Positions 24,500-38,454 of a stretch of DNA of 64,000 bases are shown here, in pieces. Below the pieces are notes generated by a model that was not told where the DNA came from, made no database searches, and saw only the letters and a program-made list of their open reading frames with translations. A program made the translations under genes and the position numbers. The stretch comes from Octopus sinensis (taxonomy: Eukaryota): NCBI RefSeq assembly GCF_006345805.1, contig NC_043014.1:21576001-21640000 (forward strand), read 5' to 3'. How positions within the stretch are numbered: position 1 is the stretch's first letter; each line of letters starts with the position of its first letter.

Positions 24500-27330
24500 C
24501 AAATGTTCTGACCAACAATGGTCGGGACATATGATGCTTCAGATGGCGCAGAACTTTTGATAATGGAAACACACCAGTATTTTTTTTCTTTTCTTTTTTC
24601 TCCATCGTATTTCACAAGCGTAAAATAATGTTACGGTAAAGACAACTTGATAAACCATCAGTTTCGATCTTCGGATTGGATGTTTGTTCATAAAGACTCG
24701 TTTTACTAGTTTTTGTGTTCCGCATTCTTTTCCGAAGTAATTTATTAGAAAGAAGACTTGCAATCTGGAGAACATGTTCGATTTCATCTGGTGATATATC
24801 AGAGATGACAATGTTGAAATCAGAACGATTGATCAGTCTTCTTAATAACTACAGCACGGCCGAAGCGAGTGTGTGTACTGGTGATTTTTGGCTGATTTCT
24901 GTATTTTCGATATGTGTGAAATTTGGCAATGCTAAATAATCCATCAAACTGGTATCTGATATAAAAACTTTGATTGCTTGGGGAGGAAGTTAAAAAATAT
25001 CGCAAGTAGATATAAGAAAGTACAAGTGCAAGAACGCAACCTTGATTCAGTTCACATGAAGAGATAACAGTTTCTTGACCGTGGGTACTTCCAGGTGGGT
25101 TTCTGTTTGGCTGGGGGTTGAAGCATCGAACTGGTAATGGTGATTATTCAGCACATTGAGGGGAAAGGTGGGCCCATTTGAATTCGAGTCTACACCGTAG
25201 TTCCCAATTACATAGTTCCAAACGGTCTAATTTATGCTTATGCGAGCAGCGAAGTTATCCAAAAGGAATAGGTTTTCAGATTATTGGTTCAGAATAGCAT
25301 AGACTTCTTTGTGTTGAGCGCATGTGCACGAATCTCTGGTCAGTAAATCAGGGAGTGAAATGATCCGAGAGCAAATACCAACTGGAGATTCGGGAAGCTT
25401 CTAGAGGGGAGCTTGTTTCTGACATCCAGACCAACACTACGTATATGATTCTAGCTTTGTGCAACCTTTTTCAGACGAGCATGTAGTCAACCTCAGTCTT
25501 TATGATAGACTCTTCAGCTGAAGGGGGCTCTCAATGAAACTCTTTGACGATAAGTGTAGTTCTACGTGGAAGCCTACTCTTACAGAAGCAGAACCACATT
25601 CGGGACACCAAGACACAAGTTTCTTTCTTTTTTTTTTTCGTATAATTTCAACCTCACTGGGGGAGATGAATCGTCTGATGCGGTTTCCAACCTAGCATGA
25701 GAAAGAGCAAGCTTTTTTTTTTTTTTTTTTTTTTTTCAGAACATCTTTTTAATATTTTTTCCCCCTAAATTTAGATAGCCAGTGACCGCAATTTGAAAGC
25801 TGATGTTGAAGATTTTTCAGAGTTCACTACTTGAAAAAAGAAACGGTTCTGACTGGTTTCACGAATCGGCTGATGAAATGATGCCTCTTTTGGGGGAAAA
25901 GTCCATGGTTTTCAAGGACTTAGAAACTTGGGTAAAGATTCAGAGAAAATATGTGCCTGGTGGAATGCAAAAACTCATGAAATTCAACGCTTTGCTGACG
26001 CAATCAGCACATACAAGTTTTATAATGCAATTATTAATATTATATCCTGCCAAAAAGGCAATTGCTCCTTTATGCACAGTTGACAGAAGCCAACCTCTCG
26101 AAGACAAAAAAAAAAAAAGACACTGGACTACGTAAATATAACTGGCTCATTTGTACTTACTAAACTCCTAACTCTTTCTTTGATGCCAGAGTTGGATGAA
26201 TTTCCATGGCCTCATGAAGTTACTACCTTGTCCAATGCATTGGAAAACAAAACGATATCTGCCGAGGTTTATAAGTTTGAAGGAGGTCATCTACGAGAGG
26301 AACTATGTAATGTATTGAGTTACTTCCCTTCAATTGTAACGGTGTTGCTTATTGTTATATTTAACCAATCATAATTTAATAAAATATTCAGTGCAAACCT
26401 AACGATAGCGGCCTGACTAAACGAACTTCCTGTAAAGTCCTCGTTTGTTACCTGACGTTGTAACACGACGGAACAAACTATTTTATTTCTCCTTACTTTC
26501 TTGAAAAGCTGACAAAACACCCTATTCTTGGAAACATGCAAGTATCATAACTATTTAAGAAAAGTAAGCTATCGCTAATTGTGCAGGACTATTGATGGCG
26601 ACATATCCTGTTTGGTGTATTACTTGTTTTGCCGCTGAATAAAATCCTTGCTTCTTCTATGCCTCTTCTCCAAAATGTCTTCAAGAGTGTTTCCTGAATC
26701 TCAAGCCAGCTTCTAGCCTCAGTGCACCTCAACCGACATAATTTTTGTATACAATGGAACATACTCAGGAATTTCAAATGTCACCCACGTTTTCCTTTAC
26801 AAGTTGCATCTCTTTCTTGATAGACTGAAGTTTCTGTGAGTTGCAAATCTGCTCTGCCCTTTAAAATTAGTGTTGTTGTTAAACAGGGCTATGTTCTTGC
26901 TCCCATTCTTTTAAGCGTCAGTCTTTTTGCTGTGTCACTCCTCTCAAGGATGTGAACGTTAGAATACGTGTGAGGTATCCGTAGATTTTTGTCCATTCTA
27001 AAACTTTGTCCATAGACTTTTATGATCAATAGTATGCAGGCAAACTTAGAAAATTCTTTAAACATGTGTAATCCATCAGTATTAAAACAATGACCATAAA
27101 GTGAATTCTCTGCTGGACTGAGCATGTAATCTGTATGGAAGATTCCCATTTTCTGTATGGTGAGCCAACAAAGGATTATCCTCACCATAGTAGTCATAAG
27201 AAGCACTGGAAATTACTCTCAGAAACACATCTTCACTGACTGCTCAGTTCTTGCCAAGGACATTGAAAATTTTGCTGCAGATCAAAAAGCGTGGAAAGGA
27301 GCAACTTTCAAGATGTGCAATGGTTTGATG
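24500..27330. mobile_element. rearranged, degenerate BovB-like RTE LINE
   Basis: On -: endonuclease piece (KPTWKYPRS, ~25040-25600) and late RT piece (YIRYQFDG, KLMVY..LFYACE, ~24500-25000). On +: linker (WWNAKTHEIQRFAD), RT (PESQASF, VKQGYVLAPILF) and C-terminus, 25780-27330. Confidence 0.7.
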
Positions 27331-27458
27331 CTGAACACACCAGGCAAGAGGATAAATATAGAGCAATTACCAAATTTATTCACTAAATATCAGCAATGCA
27401 ATTCTTCATTGATGTTTGCAGATTTGTCTCTTTTGTATATAAGCATCAACATGCTTAT

Positions 27459-27666
27459 ATATGAAGGGGTGCTAAAAAATTCCTTGCTTTGGGGAGAATC
27501 AATTAATTGTGTTTTTATTCAACATATTCCCTTCTCAGATTCACACACTTATTGCAGTGGTCCTTCAGTTTTTCTAGGCTCTGTAAAAGTACTCAGAAGG
27601 TTGGATCTCCAACCAGACCTTTCGCAATACCCTTAAAGCCAGGAACTTTCAGCCCCCCCCTCCATG
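27459..27666. mobile_element. mariner-derived MITE; second copy at 35677-35897
   Basis: TIR-like GGGGTGCTAAAAAATTCCTTGCTTT / AAAGCCAGGAACTTTCAGCCCCCC; the internal sequence is shared with the 35.7-kb copy. Confidence 0.7.
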
Positions 27667-27692
27667 TGTGTGTGTTTATATATATATATATA

Positions 27693-28240
27693 TACTGGGG
27701 TTGGACAAAATAATGGAAACACCTAGCATCATAATTTTGAAATATCTATAAAACCATCAAAGGCTTGTTTATTTTTGTTTTTTTTTTTAAATTTATTATT
27801 AGTGTTGCTTAAAATGTTTTGCTGTTTCTTTTTAGATATCATCAGAAAAAGGTAATTAAAATTCAATAAAATGACATTTATCGGACTCTCAGAGTTCAGA
27901 TTGTTGGTGCTTGTATGGCAGGTGCTAGCATAACGCAAACAGCCAAAATGTTTGGTGTATCAAGAAGTACTGTCTCAAAAGTAATGACAGCCTTTGAGAA
28001 AGACGGAAAAAACTCCGGTAGAAAACCAAAACTTTTAGATAGGAACTGTCAGATTATTACACGAATTGTTAGAAAGTATCACAAAAAACAGCTCCCAAAA
28101 TTACTGCAGAGCATAATGACCACCTCAAGAACCCAGTTTCCACAAAAACTGTTTGCCGGGAGCTGCACAAAGCCAGATTTAATGAGAAGGCTCAAATCAG
28201 AAAACCATTACTTTCAAAAACAAATGTTGCAAAGCGTTTA
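27693..28240 (+). mobile_element. Tc1-like transposon 5' fragment
   Basis: TA + CTGGGGTTGGACAAAATAATGGAAACACC terminus; ORF MAGASITQTAKMFGVSRSTVSKV...NSGRKPKL (HTH and GRPR-like linker); truncated. Confidence 0.8.
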
Positions 28241-28860
28241 GAACTTGGTTTTCATGATATGTAGGACATTACATGGATTGAATGCAAACCATCTGTTCTA
28301 GGTGTTGTATAACTGGTCCTGACGGAAATTCTTTTCATCTGAAAAAAGCCAGAGTATTGCTGACTTAGCAGTATAACTCAGCTTGTTCAGGAGCCTCTTT
28401 GCCTCTGTCAGGTGGTTCTTCATGGGCTTGGCTGTCAAAATTTGTCCCTTGCACTTCTTGTATGAGTGATTGCAAAGGTCTTCATTCAGAGCCAGTTTCA
28501 TGGTGCCAACTCTAACACCTATCTCTGTTGCCAAATTTTTGGATAATCCATCACCTTGCCCTGCAGTTGTTGCATGAATCCCAACATGCTGATGCAGTCA
28601 GAGCATCTTCTATGTCCCTTACTGCTGGCGACGGCTTTGTAGCTCTCCATGTTACATCCTACAGCCCTTACAGTGTTTCCAGAGCACAGAGTAGTTGTTT
28701 TGACGTTGGCATCTTGACACCCAAAGCGAATCATCATGCAATGCTCAGATGGTTTCAAGTTCTTCATATCAGTTACCATTTTCTCAACTACAACTTTAAT
28801 CTTTATACTCTCCAACATTGTTGACTGTTCACCAACACATCAAGTTGTTCCTGGAAAAAA
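28240..28860 (-). mobile_element. maT/DD37D-type Tc1-mariner fragment
   Basis: LWLFSDEKNFRQDQ motif, as in the 62-63 kb element. Confidence 0.7.
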
Positions 28861-30874
28861 AAAGACAGAGAATTATTAAATTTATCCCAAACACTTTGTG
28901 TGTGTGTGTGTGTGTAATATCATCAATGTCATCATCATCACTTTAACATCCACTTTTCCATACTTACATGGGTCAAATGAAATTTTGTTGAGGCAGATAC
29001 CCTTTTTGTTACCAATGCACATGGCATTAAGATATTTATAGCTCATTACATATATAAGAAAACCAAACATTACCATTTGGTTTTCTTGCAGAATGTATTC
29101 CCTGGTAATTTCTGCTACTTCTTGTTTCAAGTTATGATATCACATAGTGTGTATTTGATTATTTGCAGAAAAAAAAATACATATCTCTCAAGTCATCTTT
29201 GCCTGGAAATACTGGTAATATGTGTTGTTTGCTGAGTAGGTCTAATAAGACTGAAACACATCTATTATTGTCACCCCACTATTATAATTAAACTCAGTAT
29301 CTACTGCATTTTTACGTCAATTTAATTAGTACAAGCAAAGAAAAGCAGTCCTCATTGCCTTTGCAGACCTTCTTTAATCAGGAAAATACCTGCAAGTGTT
29401 CTATATACCGATTTCCAGTCCAACATTCTAAATCAATGAAATACTTAAGAATCACACAATTCTCCTTCTGTTTGCATTGGTAGTTGTATCTATTATTTAA
29501 CCTTTTTACTGGACAGGTACTTATTTACAGCTGGGTCGAATGGCTATGATAATGATGATGAATGATGGTAGTTTCTTGTAGACTGAGAAAGATGGTTCTG
29601 CAATTTCTAGCTGAACAATCTGCACAAATGATTTGTTTTTAATGATCAAATGTTTGTGCTATACATTGATTCTCCCTCCATCAAATCAATGTTGCCTGGA
29701 TAGATGCACAGTATACCACATGTCAGGTTTTGAAGTGATTGCTCAAGAACACAATGCAAGGAATTGAAATCACAATCTGACAATCATAAGTGCAACACCC
29801 TAACCACTAAGACATGCACCCTTGTGACTGACTATACTACAACACATCGCATTTGTTTGCAACTGATGGACCATCTTTCCTTGTGATACACACATACAGC
29901 TATAAGGTTCTTATTTACAACCTGCCTCACATGAGACACAATTTACAGATCAAAAGACCATTTGATAGCAACTTATGTCTTGGCATAAACACATTGCAGG
30001 GTTGATTCATGCAAATAAATCAATGGCTATTCAGTCTGTGGGGCCAATATCATACCTCTGGTTTGTTGTAGTTGCTCCACTGAGTTAAACATAATTTTAA
30101 AAAACACATAGTCATAGATTCAATAGATAGTGGTGATGTTAGTGACAAAGCATGTGACATTTCCATGAAAAATCTTCAAATGTCATCTCTTTTGCTCTTC
30201 CTACACAGACAAGACAATTGTGATAAGCACAAAAATTTGGTGAACTCGTAGGAATTCGGCAAGTGCACTTATTTGAAGGTGTAGTGGAGGTTTTTATAGA
30301 GCTAATAGTGGTGTGTTATATTCTGTGGTATGTTAGAAAACTGCCAAATATAAACTTAATGTGTGTGTGGTGTGTGAGAGATCATCATCATCATCAATGC
30401 TTTTCATGCTGGCATGAGTTAGATGGCCTGACAGGAACTAGCAAGGCCAAGGGCCACACCAGGGTCCTTTTTTCCATACTGGCATGGATTAGATGATTTG
30501 ACAAGGGACCACTGAACCAGAAGACTGCACTGAGCTCCAATGTTTGCTAGTGTCATAAAACTAAAAGCACCCAGTACACTGTAAAATAGTTGACATTAGG
30601 AAGAAAAAGCATTAAACCATCCTACCTATACCAGCATAGAAAATGGATGCTAAGTTATGATGATGGTGATAAAATATGTATGTATGTTCATTCTTTTACT
30701 TGTTTCAGTCACTGGACTATGGTCATGCTGGGGCACAGCTTTGAAGGATTTAGTACATATTTTTCTTTTAAGCCTGGTATTTATTCTCTCAGTCTCTTTT
30801 TGCCAAACCATTAAGTTACAAGGACGTAAACAAACTAATACTGGTTGTCAAGCAGCAAAAGGAAAAAACCAAGT

Positions 30875-30905
<31 letters not shown>

Positions 30906-31369
30906 GAATATAAAGGAAGTCAGAAGGTACAAGATGAATATATTTATTTCACCATTTGATATCCATAGGTTGATGGCTGTTTATGTATGTAGCCGGGTCC
31001 ACTAAAGAAGCTTTTTTGTTATTACCAATGGATTATATAAATCCATATATTATACATTATATATATATATATATAAAAATCAATAAATGGTGGGGTTGTG
31101 TTGACCGCACATGGAGAAATGATAGGAGAGGAAAAATTATAAGGCAGAATGCTAAATTGAAAGCAAATTTTAATAAAAATGGGTGTATGGAAAATTTAAA
31201 AAAAAAATAATAAAGCAAATCGGTTTTCATTGCAAAGCAAATTTTCAAGATTTGGAAGGGGAAAAGAAATTTTTTTAAAATTGAGAAGGGGAAAAAAGAA
31301 ATTTACAATGTTTTTACATTTTTCAGTTTCTATCAACCAGGATTTAATATATCCATATATTATACATTA

Positions 31370-32766
31370 TATATATATATATATATATATACTTCTTTCA
31401 GTTTCTATCAACCAAATCCAAATTCATTCGCAAAGCTTTGGGGCTACAGTGGAAAACACTTGCACAAGGTGCCACGTAGTGGGACCTTATGTATCTAAAA
31501 AGGGTCAGAAGTGTTTCCCCCACTTTATATCATCATCATCATCATCATCGTTTAGCGTCCGTTTTCCGCGCTAGCACGGGTTGGACGGTTCAACCGGGGT
31601 CTGGGAAGCCAGGGGCTGCACCAGGCTCCAGTCTGATATGGCAGTGTTTCTACAGCTGGATGCCCTTCCTAATGCCAACCACTCCGCGAGTGTAGTGGGT
31701 GCTTTTTACGTGCCACCTGCACAGGTGCCAGGGGAGTCTGGGATCGGCCACGATTGGTTGGTGCTTTTTATGTGCCACCGGCACAGGTATCACAACTACT
31801 ATTTCCATTGATATTTATTTCGATGTTCATGTACTTGACTCAACAGGTCTCCTCAAGCACAGCGGGATGTTCTGGAATCCAAGGTACTTAGAATGGGCAG
31901 GGGCTATCCGGAACTGGTGCAGGAAGCAGCACGGGTCTTTGCAGTCACAGCATATCTCCAGAGATCTCGGTCCTTCGCCATTGCCTCAGTGAGGCCCAAC
32001 GCTCTGAGGTCATGCTTGACTACCTCATCCCATGTCTTCCTGGGTCTACCTCTCCTGATACCTTCAACTGTTTGGGAGTGGCACTTCTTCACACATCTCT
32101 CCTCATCCATCCGCAGTACATGACCATACCATCGCAAGCGTCGCTCTTGCACACCACATCTGATGCTTCTTATGTCCTACATTTCTCTCAGGGTGCTTAC
32201 CCTCTGTCATGCGCGCACACTGACATTACACATCCAGCGGATCATGCTAGCTTCATTCCTTTCAAGTCTACGCATGTCCTCAGCAGTCACAGCCCATGTT
32301 TCACTACCGTGAAGCATGGCAGTTCACACACATGCATCATACAATCTACCTTTCAATCTGAATGAGAGACCCTTTGTCGCCAGTAGGGGTAGGAGCTTTC
32401 TAAAATTTGCCCAGGCTATTCATATTCTAGTGGTGACACTCTCTGAGCATCCACCCCCACTACTAACTTGGTCACCTAGGTAGCAGAAACTATCAACTAC
32501 TTCTAGTTTCTCCCCCTGGGGTGTGATGGAATCTGTTTCCTGAGTATCTGTGGTGTCTATTGTCCCTATGTATATATGTATACATATAATATGTATAGGC
32601 GCAGGAGTGGCTGTGTTGTAGGTAGCTTGTTTACCAACCACATGGTTCCGGGTTCAGTCCCATTGTGTGGCACCTTGGGTATGTGTCTTCTACTATAGCC
32701 TCGGGCTGACCAAAGCCCTGTGAGTGGATTTGGTAGACGGAAACTGAAAGAAACCCGTCGTATATA

Positions 32767-32797
<31 letters not shown>

Positions 32798-34163
32798 CTT
32801 CTTTCAGTTTCTATCAACCAAATCCAAATTCATTCGCAAAGCTTTGGGGCTACAGTGGAAAACACTTGCACAAGGTGCCACGTAGTGGGACCTTATGTAT
32901 CTAAAAAGGGTCAGAAGTGTTTCCCCCACTTTATATCATCATCATCATCATCGTTTAGCGTCCGTTTTCCGCGCTAGCACGGGTTGGACGGTTCAACCGG
33001 GGTCTGGGAAGCCAGGGGCTGCACCAGGCTCCAGTCTGATATGGCAGTGTTTCTACAGCTGGATGCCCTTCCTAATGCCAACCACTCCGCGAGTGTAGTG
33101 GGTGCTTTTTACGTGCCACCTGCACAGGTGCCAGGGGAGTCTGGGATCGGCCACGATTGGTTGGTGCTTTTTATGTGCCACCGGCACAGGTATCACAACT
33201 ACTATTTCCATTGATATTTATTTCGATGTTCATGTACTTGACTCAACAGGTCTCCTCAAGCACAGCGGGATGTTCTGGAATCCAAGGTACTTAGAATGGG
33301 CAGGGGCTATCCGGAACTGGTGCAGGAAGCAGCACGGGTCTTTGCAGTCACAGCATATCTCCAGAGATCTCGGTCCTTCGCCATTGCCTCAGTGAGGCCC
33401 AACGCTCTGAGGTCATGCTTGACTACCTCATCCCATGTCTTCCTGGGTCTACCTCTCCTGATACCTTCAACTGTTTGGGAGTGGCACTTCTTCACACATC
33501 TCTCCTCATCCATCCGCAGTACATGACCATACCATCGCAAGCGTCGCTCTTGCACACCACATCTGATGCTTCTTATGTCCTACATTTCTCTCAGGGTGCT
33601 TACCCTCTGTCATGCGCGCACACTGACATTACACATCCAGCGGATCATGCTAGCTTCATTCCTTTCAAGTCTACGCATGTCCTCAGCAGTCACAGCCCAT
33701 GTTTCACTACCGTGAAGCATGGCAGTTCACACACATGCATCATACAATCTACCTTTCAATCTGAATGAGAGACCCTTTGTCGCCAGTAGGGGTAGGAGCT
33801 TTCTAAAATTTGCCCAGGCTATTCATATTCTAGTGGTGACACTCTCTGAGCATCCACCCCCACTACTAACTTGGTCACCTAGGTAGCAGAAACTATCAAC
33901 TACTTCTAGTTTCTCCCCCTGGGGTGTGATGGAATCTGTTTCCTGAGTATCTGTGGTGTCTATTGTCCCTATGTATATATGTATACATATAATATGTATA
34001 GGCGCAGGAGTGGCTGTGTTGTAGGTAGCTTGTTTACCAACCACATGGTTCCGGGTTCAGTCCCATTGTGTGGCACCTTGGGTATGTGTCTTCTACTATA
34101 GCCTCGGGCTGACCAAAGCCCTGTGAGTGGATTTGGTAGACGGAAACTGAAAGAAACCCGTCG

Positions 34164-34170
<7 letters not shown>
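31370..34170. repeat. 1403-bp near-perfect tandem duplication
   Basis: Identical ORF pairs offset by 1403 (31581/32984, 31893/33296, 32012/33415); junctions lie in (TA)n runs. Confidence 0.92.
31530..32570 (-). mobile_element. 5'-truncated RTE (copy 1; duplicate at ~32933-33973)
   Basis: GEKLEVVDSFCYLGDQVSSGGG...QERRLRWYGHVLRMDEE...RPRKTWDEVV, 3' UTR and (GAT)n tail. Confidence 0.9.
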
Positions 34171-34198
<28 letters not shown>

Positions 34199-34390
34199 CT
34201 GTGTTTGTCCTAGCATTGCTTGACAACCGATGCTGGTGTGTTTATGTCCCCGTTACTTAGCGGTTCGGCAAAAGAGACCGATAGGATAAGTACTGGGCTT
34301 ACAAAAGAATAAGTCCAGGGGTCGAGTTGCTCGACTAAAGGCGGTGCTCCAGCATGGCCGCAGTCAAATGACTGAAACAAGTAAAAGAAA
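34003..34390 (+). mobile_element. intact OK-type SINE
   Basis: tRNA-like head GGCGCAGGAGTGGCTGTG...GGTTCAGTCCC, internal (TA)n(TG)n, tail GGCGGTGCTCCAGCATGGCCGCAGTCAAATGACTGAAACAAGTAAAAG. Confidence 0.85.
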
Positions 34391-34433
34391 GAAAGAAAAA
34401 GAAAAGAAAAGAATATATATTTATATGTATGTA

Positions 34434-35668
34434 TACATGATAAGATCAATAAGTATTTGGATTGTTGCCATAGTAATGAAGCTAAAGCATACAGAGTGAA
34501 GCCACTTGTCACAGATTGACCTTGAACTCTGCTGTGCATGCACACCAAGTTTTAATGTTCTAGCTCACTCCCACTGTTCACAGCAGTGCTTGGAAGGAAC
34601 GTGTGTAGTGTGTGATCATCACATTGACCATGACAGAAAGTTGAGCTGAGAATCTGCACCAAAGTTGCAGAAAATGTATGGAGAGGAGTGAATGAGCTGC
34701 ACACAAGTGTATGAGTGGTACAAATGTTTCCAAGATGGCCAAAAATATGTTGATATTGACGACCGTTCTGCAACCAGCAGAACTGACAAAAATATCGTAG
34801 ATGTGCATACAGCTGTGAGGGGAAATCGTCAAATCACCATCCGTGAGTTATCAGAAGATGTGAAGATTAGTTACAGTTCAGTTCAATCCATTATCACTAA
34901 AGATTTGGGTAGAAGATGCATGTCTGCCAAAACTACTTTCCGCTGACCAAAAAGACACTTAGATTTCATTTGCACAAGATCTTCTTGATTGTGTCGAGAA
35001 AGATGAAGACTTTTTAAAAATAGTCATAATGGGTGATGAATTGTGGATCTATGGCTATGACCCTGAAACAATGGCTCAGTCTTCACAGAGACCAAAGAAA
35101 GCACGAATGAGTCAGAGCAATGTGAAGACACTGCTGACAGTTTTCTTTGACTACAAGGGGATTGTTCATCATGAGTATGCTCCAACTAGTCAGACAGTAA
35201 ACAAGAAGAACTACTGTGATGTTTTGTGGCATTTGTGAGATACTATTTGTCAGAAAAGGCCACAATTGCATGTGTCCAATGAGCAGCAATTGCACTATGA
35301 CAATGCACCTGCCCATTCAGTGCAACTTGTGCAGCAGTTTTTGGCTAGGCACAACATTCCCCAGGTCTGACAGCCACTGTATTCCCCAGACCTCGCCCCT
35401 TGTGATTTTTTCTTCTTTCCAAAAATTAAATCCTGCTTGAAAGGAAGAAAATTTCAGGGTATCAAGGAAATCAAAGTGAATGAGACGAGGCATCTGCTAA
35501 TTATCCCAGAAAACGAGTTCCAGGAATGCTTCCATCAATGGAAACTACTGGATTAAGTATGTGGCTTCCGAAGGGGACTACTTTGAAGGAGGTTAAGTGC
35601 TAAATCAAGATGTGTTGTAGTTTTGTTTTTATAGCACCAATCCGGATAGTTATTGATCAGACCTTGTA
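34434..35668 (+). mobile_element. full-length degenerate mariner (DD34D)
   Basis: TIRs ...GATCAATAAGTATTTGGA / TCCGGATAGTTATTGATCAGACCTTGTA; transposase motifs GDELWIYGYDPE, DNAPAH, YSPDLAPCDFFFFPK with frameshifts and stops. Confidence 0.9.
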
Positions 35669-35924
35669 TTTATATATACAAGGGGATACTGAAAAGTTCC
35701 TCACTTTAGGTAAAAGAAAATATAGGGGACTCAATTAATTATGATTTTATTCAGCATATTCCCCTCTCAGATTAACACACTTATTGCAGCAGTCCTTCAG
35801 TTTTTCTAAGCCCTGTAAAAGAACTCAGAAGGTTTGGCCTCCAACCAGGCTTTTTGCAAAACCTTTAAAGCCAGGAACTTTTCAGCACCACCTCATGTGT
35901 GTGTGTTATACCATTGTCATCATT

Positions 35925-38070
35925 TAAAATCCACTTTCCATGCTGTCATGGGTTGAATAGCTTGACAGGAGCTGGCAAGTCAGAAGATTGTGCAAAGCCC
36001 TACTGCCTGCTTTGGCATGGTTCCTACAGCTGGATGTCCTTCCTAACACCAACCACTTAACAACATGGACTGAGTGTTTTTTACAGGGCACCAGCAACAA
36101 AACCCCCCAACTAAAAGATAATAGTATCAGGGAAGGTGCTACTTGAGAGGAATATAAGCAGAGGGACAGGAATAGATGCCTTGTAAAAAATATTACATAG
36201 CTACCTTTGTATGAGAGAGGGAGAGAGAAAAAATGGTGAAGTTGTAGTGGGAATGGGTACATTCATGTTACAAAAAGGTGATATGTAAATGAAATGGGAC
36301 CAAAAAATGGATAAGGTGAATGGGTGGATAAGTTGGCAAGATTGCAAAAGGAGAATGGGAGGTGAAGGGGAAGGTTTGTTAGGAGGCTACGTTGTAGGGA
36401 AGAGATTCAACATAGGAGGGGAATACAACAGATGGCAAGAACACATGGGTGGAAGGTAGAGGTTTTGGAAAAATAGGATGTTGTGGAGAGGTTTGTCATG
36501 GATGGATTGTGTGCAGGGTCTGTGCCATGAACTTAAAGGACATGCCTTTATTTTACTTATCTGGATGGGTCTTCTCAAGCACAGCAAATTGCTAATTGTC
36601 TCAGTCCTTTGTCATCTTTGTGAGGCTCTGCTTCTTTAAATCATTTTTAACCGCTTCACCCCATGACTTCCAAGGTTTTCTTCTTCCACAAGTCCCCTCC
36701 ACATTTAGAGATTGGCACTTCTTTATGCAGCTGTCTTCATCCATATGCATCACATGACCATACTAGTGCAGTCATCTCTCTTGTATACTACAAACCCAAT
36801 TTATAATAATGCTTCTTATACCTAATTTTTCTCTCCACACATTTAAACTTTGTTGTACATGCATATGGACATTGCACACTCAACAAAGCATGCTGGTTTC
36901 ATTTCTTTCAAGCCTTAGCATGTCCTCTGCAGTCATGGCCCACATTTTCTACCATGTTGCTACTGTTCATACACAAGCATCATTCATACAATCTACTTTA
37001 CTCTCTGAGGGAGAGATCCTTTGTTCAACCAAATTCTAATTTGAGCAACTACACTTTCAGAACATCCTCCTCCACTGCTAATTTGGTCACTTAGATAATG
37101 AAAACTTTCTGTTACCTCTAAAGATCTCCCTGGGCATTGCAGAAAATCTATTTTCTATGTTCTTAGTGTTTGTATTTTCTTGTACATCTGCCACACACAA
37201 AGACTACTTTCTCTGTTAAACTTCTTGTGATTCCACTGCACTGCTCATTTATCCATAGCTTGCACTGCCAATTCATACCTACATCTTTACTACATATCGA
37301 GCAGAACCATTTTCCTGAATAGATTAGTAATTTGTCTACTTTCTTGTTGACTAGTAGTACTGTGATTTTTGCTAAATTAACTCTCTCTGTGGCCCTTTCA
37401 TTCTGAGCCTTGCTTCCACACCTGATATTTCTTCTCTAATTCTACTATAGATTCAGCTATAAGAACAAGGTCATCAGCATAAAGAAGCTTCCATGAGCAA
37501 TCACTTTTAAATTCCTCTGTTGTGACCTGGTGGACTATAAGAAATGAGCATTGGTGAACTACCTACACACTAAACTTGTTGCTACACATGTTGCTGATTT
37601 TCACCTTACAGACTGCATCCCTGTACATGACTTGGGCAGCTCTCACCAACTACTCATCTACCCCTAGCTTCTGCAGCAACTACCTGATGGTTTATTTTTT
37701 ACTAAATGCTTCTCCTGCAGTTACCTTGCTAGGAAGATAGAGTTAGTAGTGTTTCTCCCTGGCACAAAACCAATCTACACCTCTAGGTTAACTCTCTTCC
37801 TAATGAGTTGAGCTATGACCCTTTCTGTAACTTTCTTCATCTGGACCAACAATTTGATACCTCTGTAATTACTTCAGTCTACAGTAGTTGACTAGAATGC
37901 TAGTCATTGGGTATGACCCCTTTCTGGATGACCTGATTAACTATACAAGTGACTAAGCTATATTCCACTTTACCAGATATTTTAAGCATCACAGTGGTAA
38001 TTCCAGATAGGCCAGGGGCTTTCCCTGTCTTCATATCCTTAATTATTGCCTTATTTATCATGTAACTGCC
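35925..38070 (-). mobile_element. old degenerate RTE (RT to tail) with an internal insertion
   Basis: Reverse strand aligns by eye to the 14-18 kb RTE (GKAPG region ~38010, LLYADD region ~37480, C-terminus ~36600-37100, tail 35925-36100). Confidence 0.75.
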
Positions 38071-38125
38071 AACTCAGATAACTCTATCATACATATACAT
38101 ATATATATATATATATAAATTAAAA

Positions 38126-38454
38126 AGTAAGAGTCAAAAGGAAGAGTTAGTACGGTTAGGCAGCTTTTTAATCACTACAAATGTTTCGATACATACAGAT
38201 CCTCGTATATACAGGATTTAAAGTTAATTTTAAATTAAATTATGTAATGATTTACCTATATAAGAAGATGTATATGTATCTTCTCAGGTGATACTCAGTT
38301 GCTGTCTCCATAAGTAAATCTAGATTTCCATGCCACAACATCCATGGCTTCTTCTTTAAATCCTGTATATACGTTGATCTGTATGTATCAAAACATTTGT
38401 AGTGATTAAAGAGCTGCTTAACTGTACTTACTCTTCCTTTTGACCCTTTTACTT
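38126..38454. repeat. foldback element with ~95-bp inverted arms
   Basis: GTCAAAAGGAAGAG...ACAAATGTTTCGATACATACAGATC...TATATACAGGATTTAAAG is inverted at 38356-38454. Confidence 0.85.

Noticed and set aside
29040-29440. Short exon-like segments on - (KQEVAEITREYILQENQM; CWTGNRYIEHLQ)
   Set aside because: Weak splice sites and no recognisable protein; cannot be supported without RNA data.
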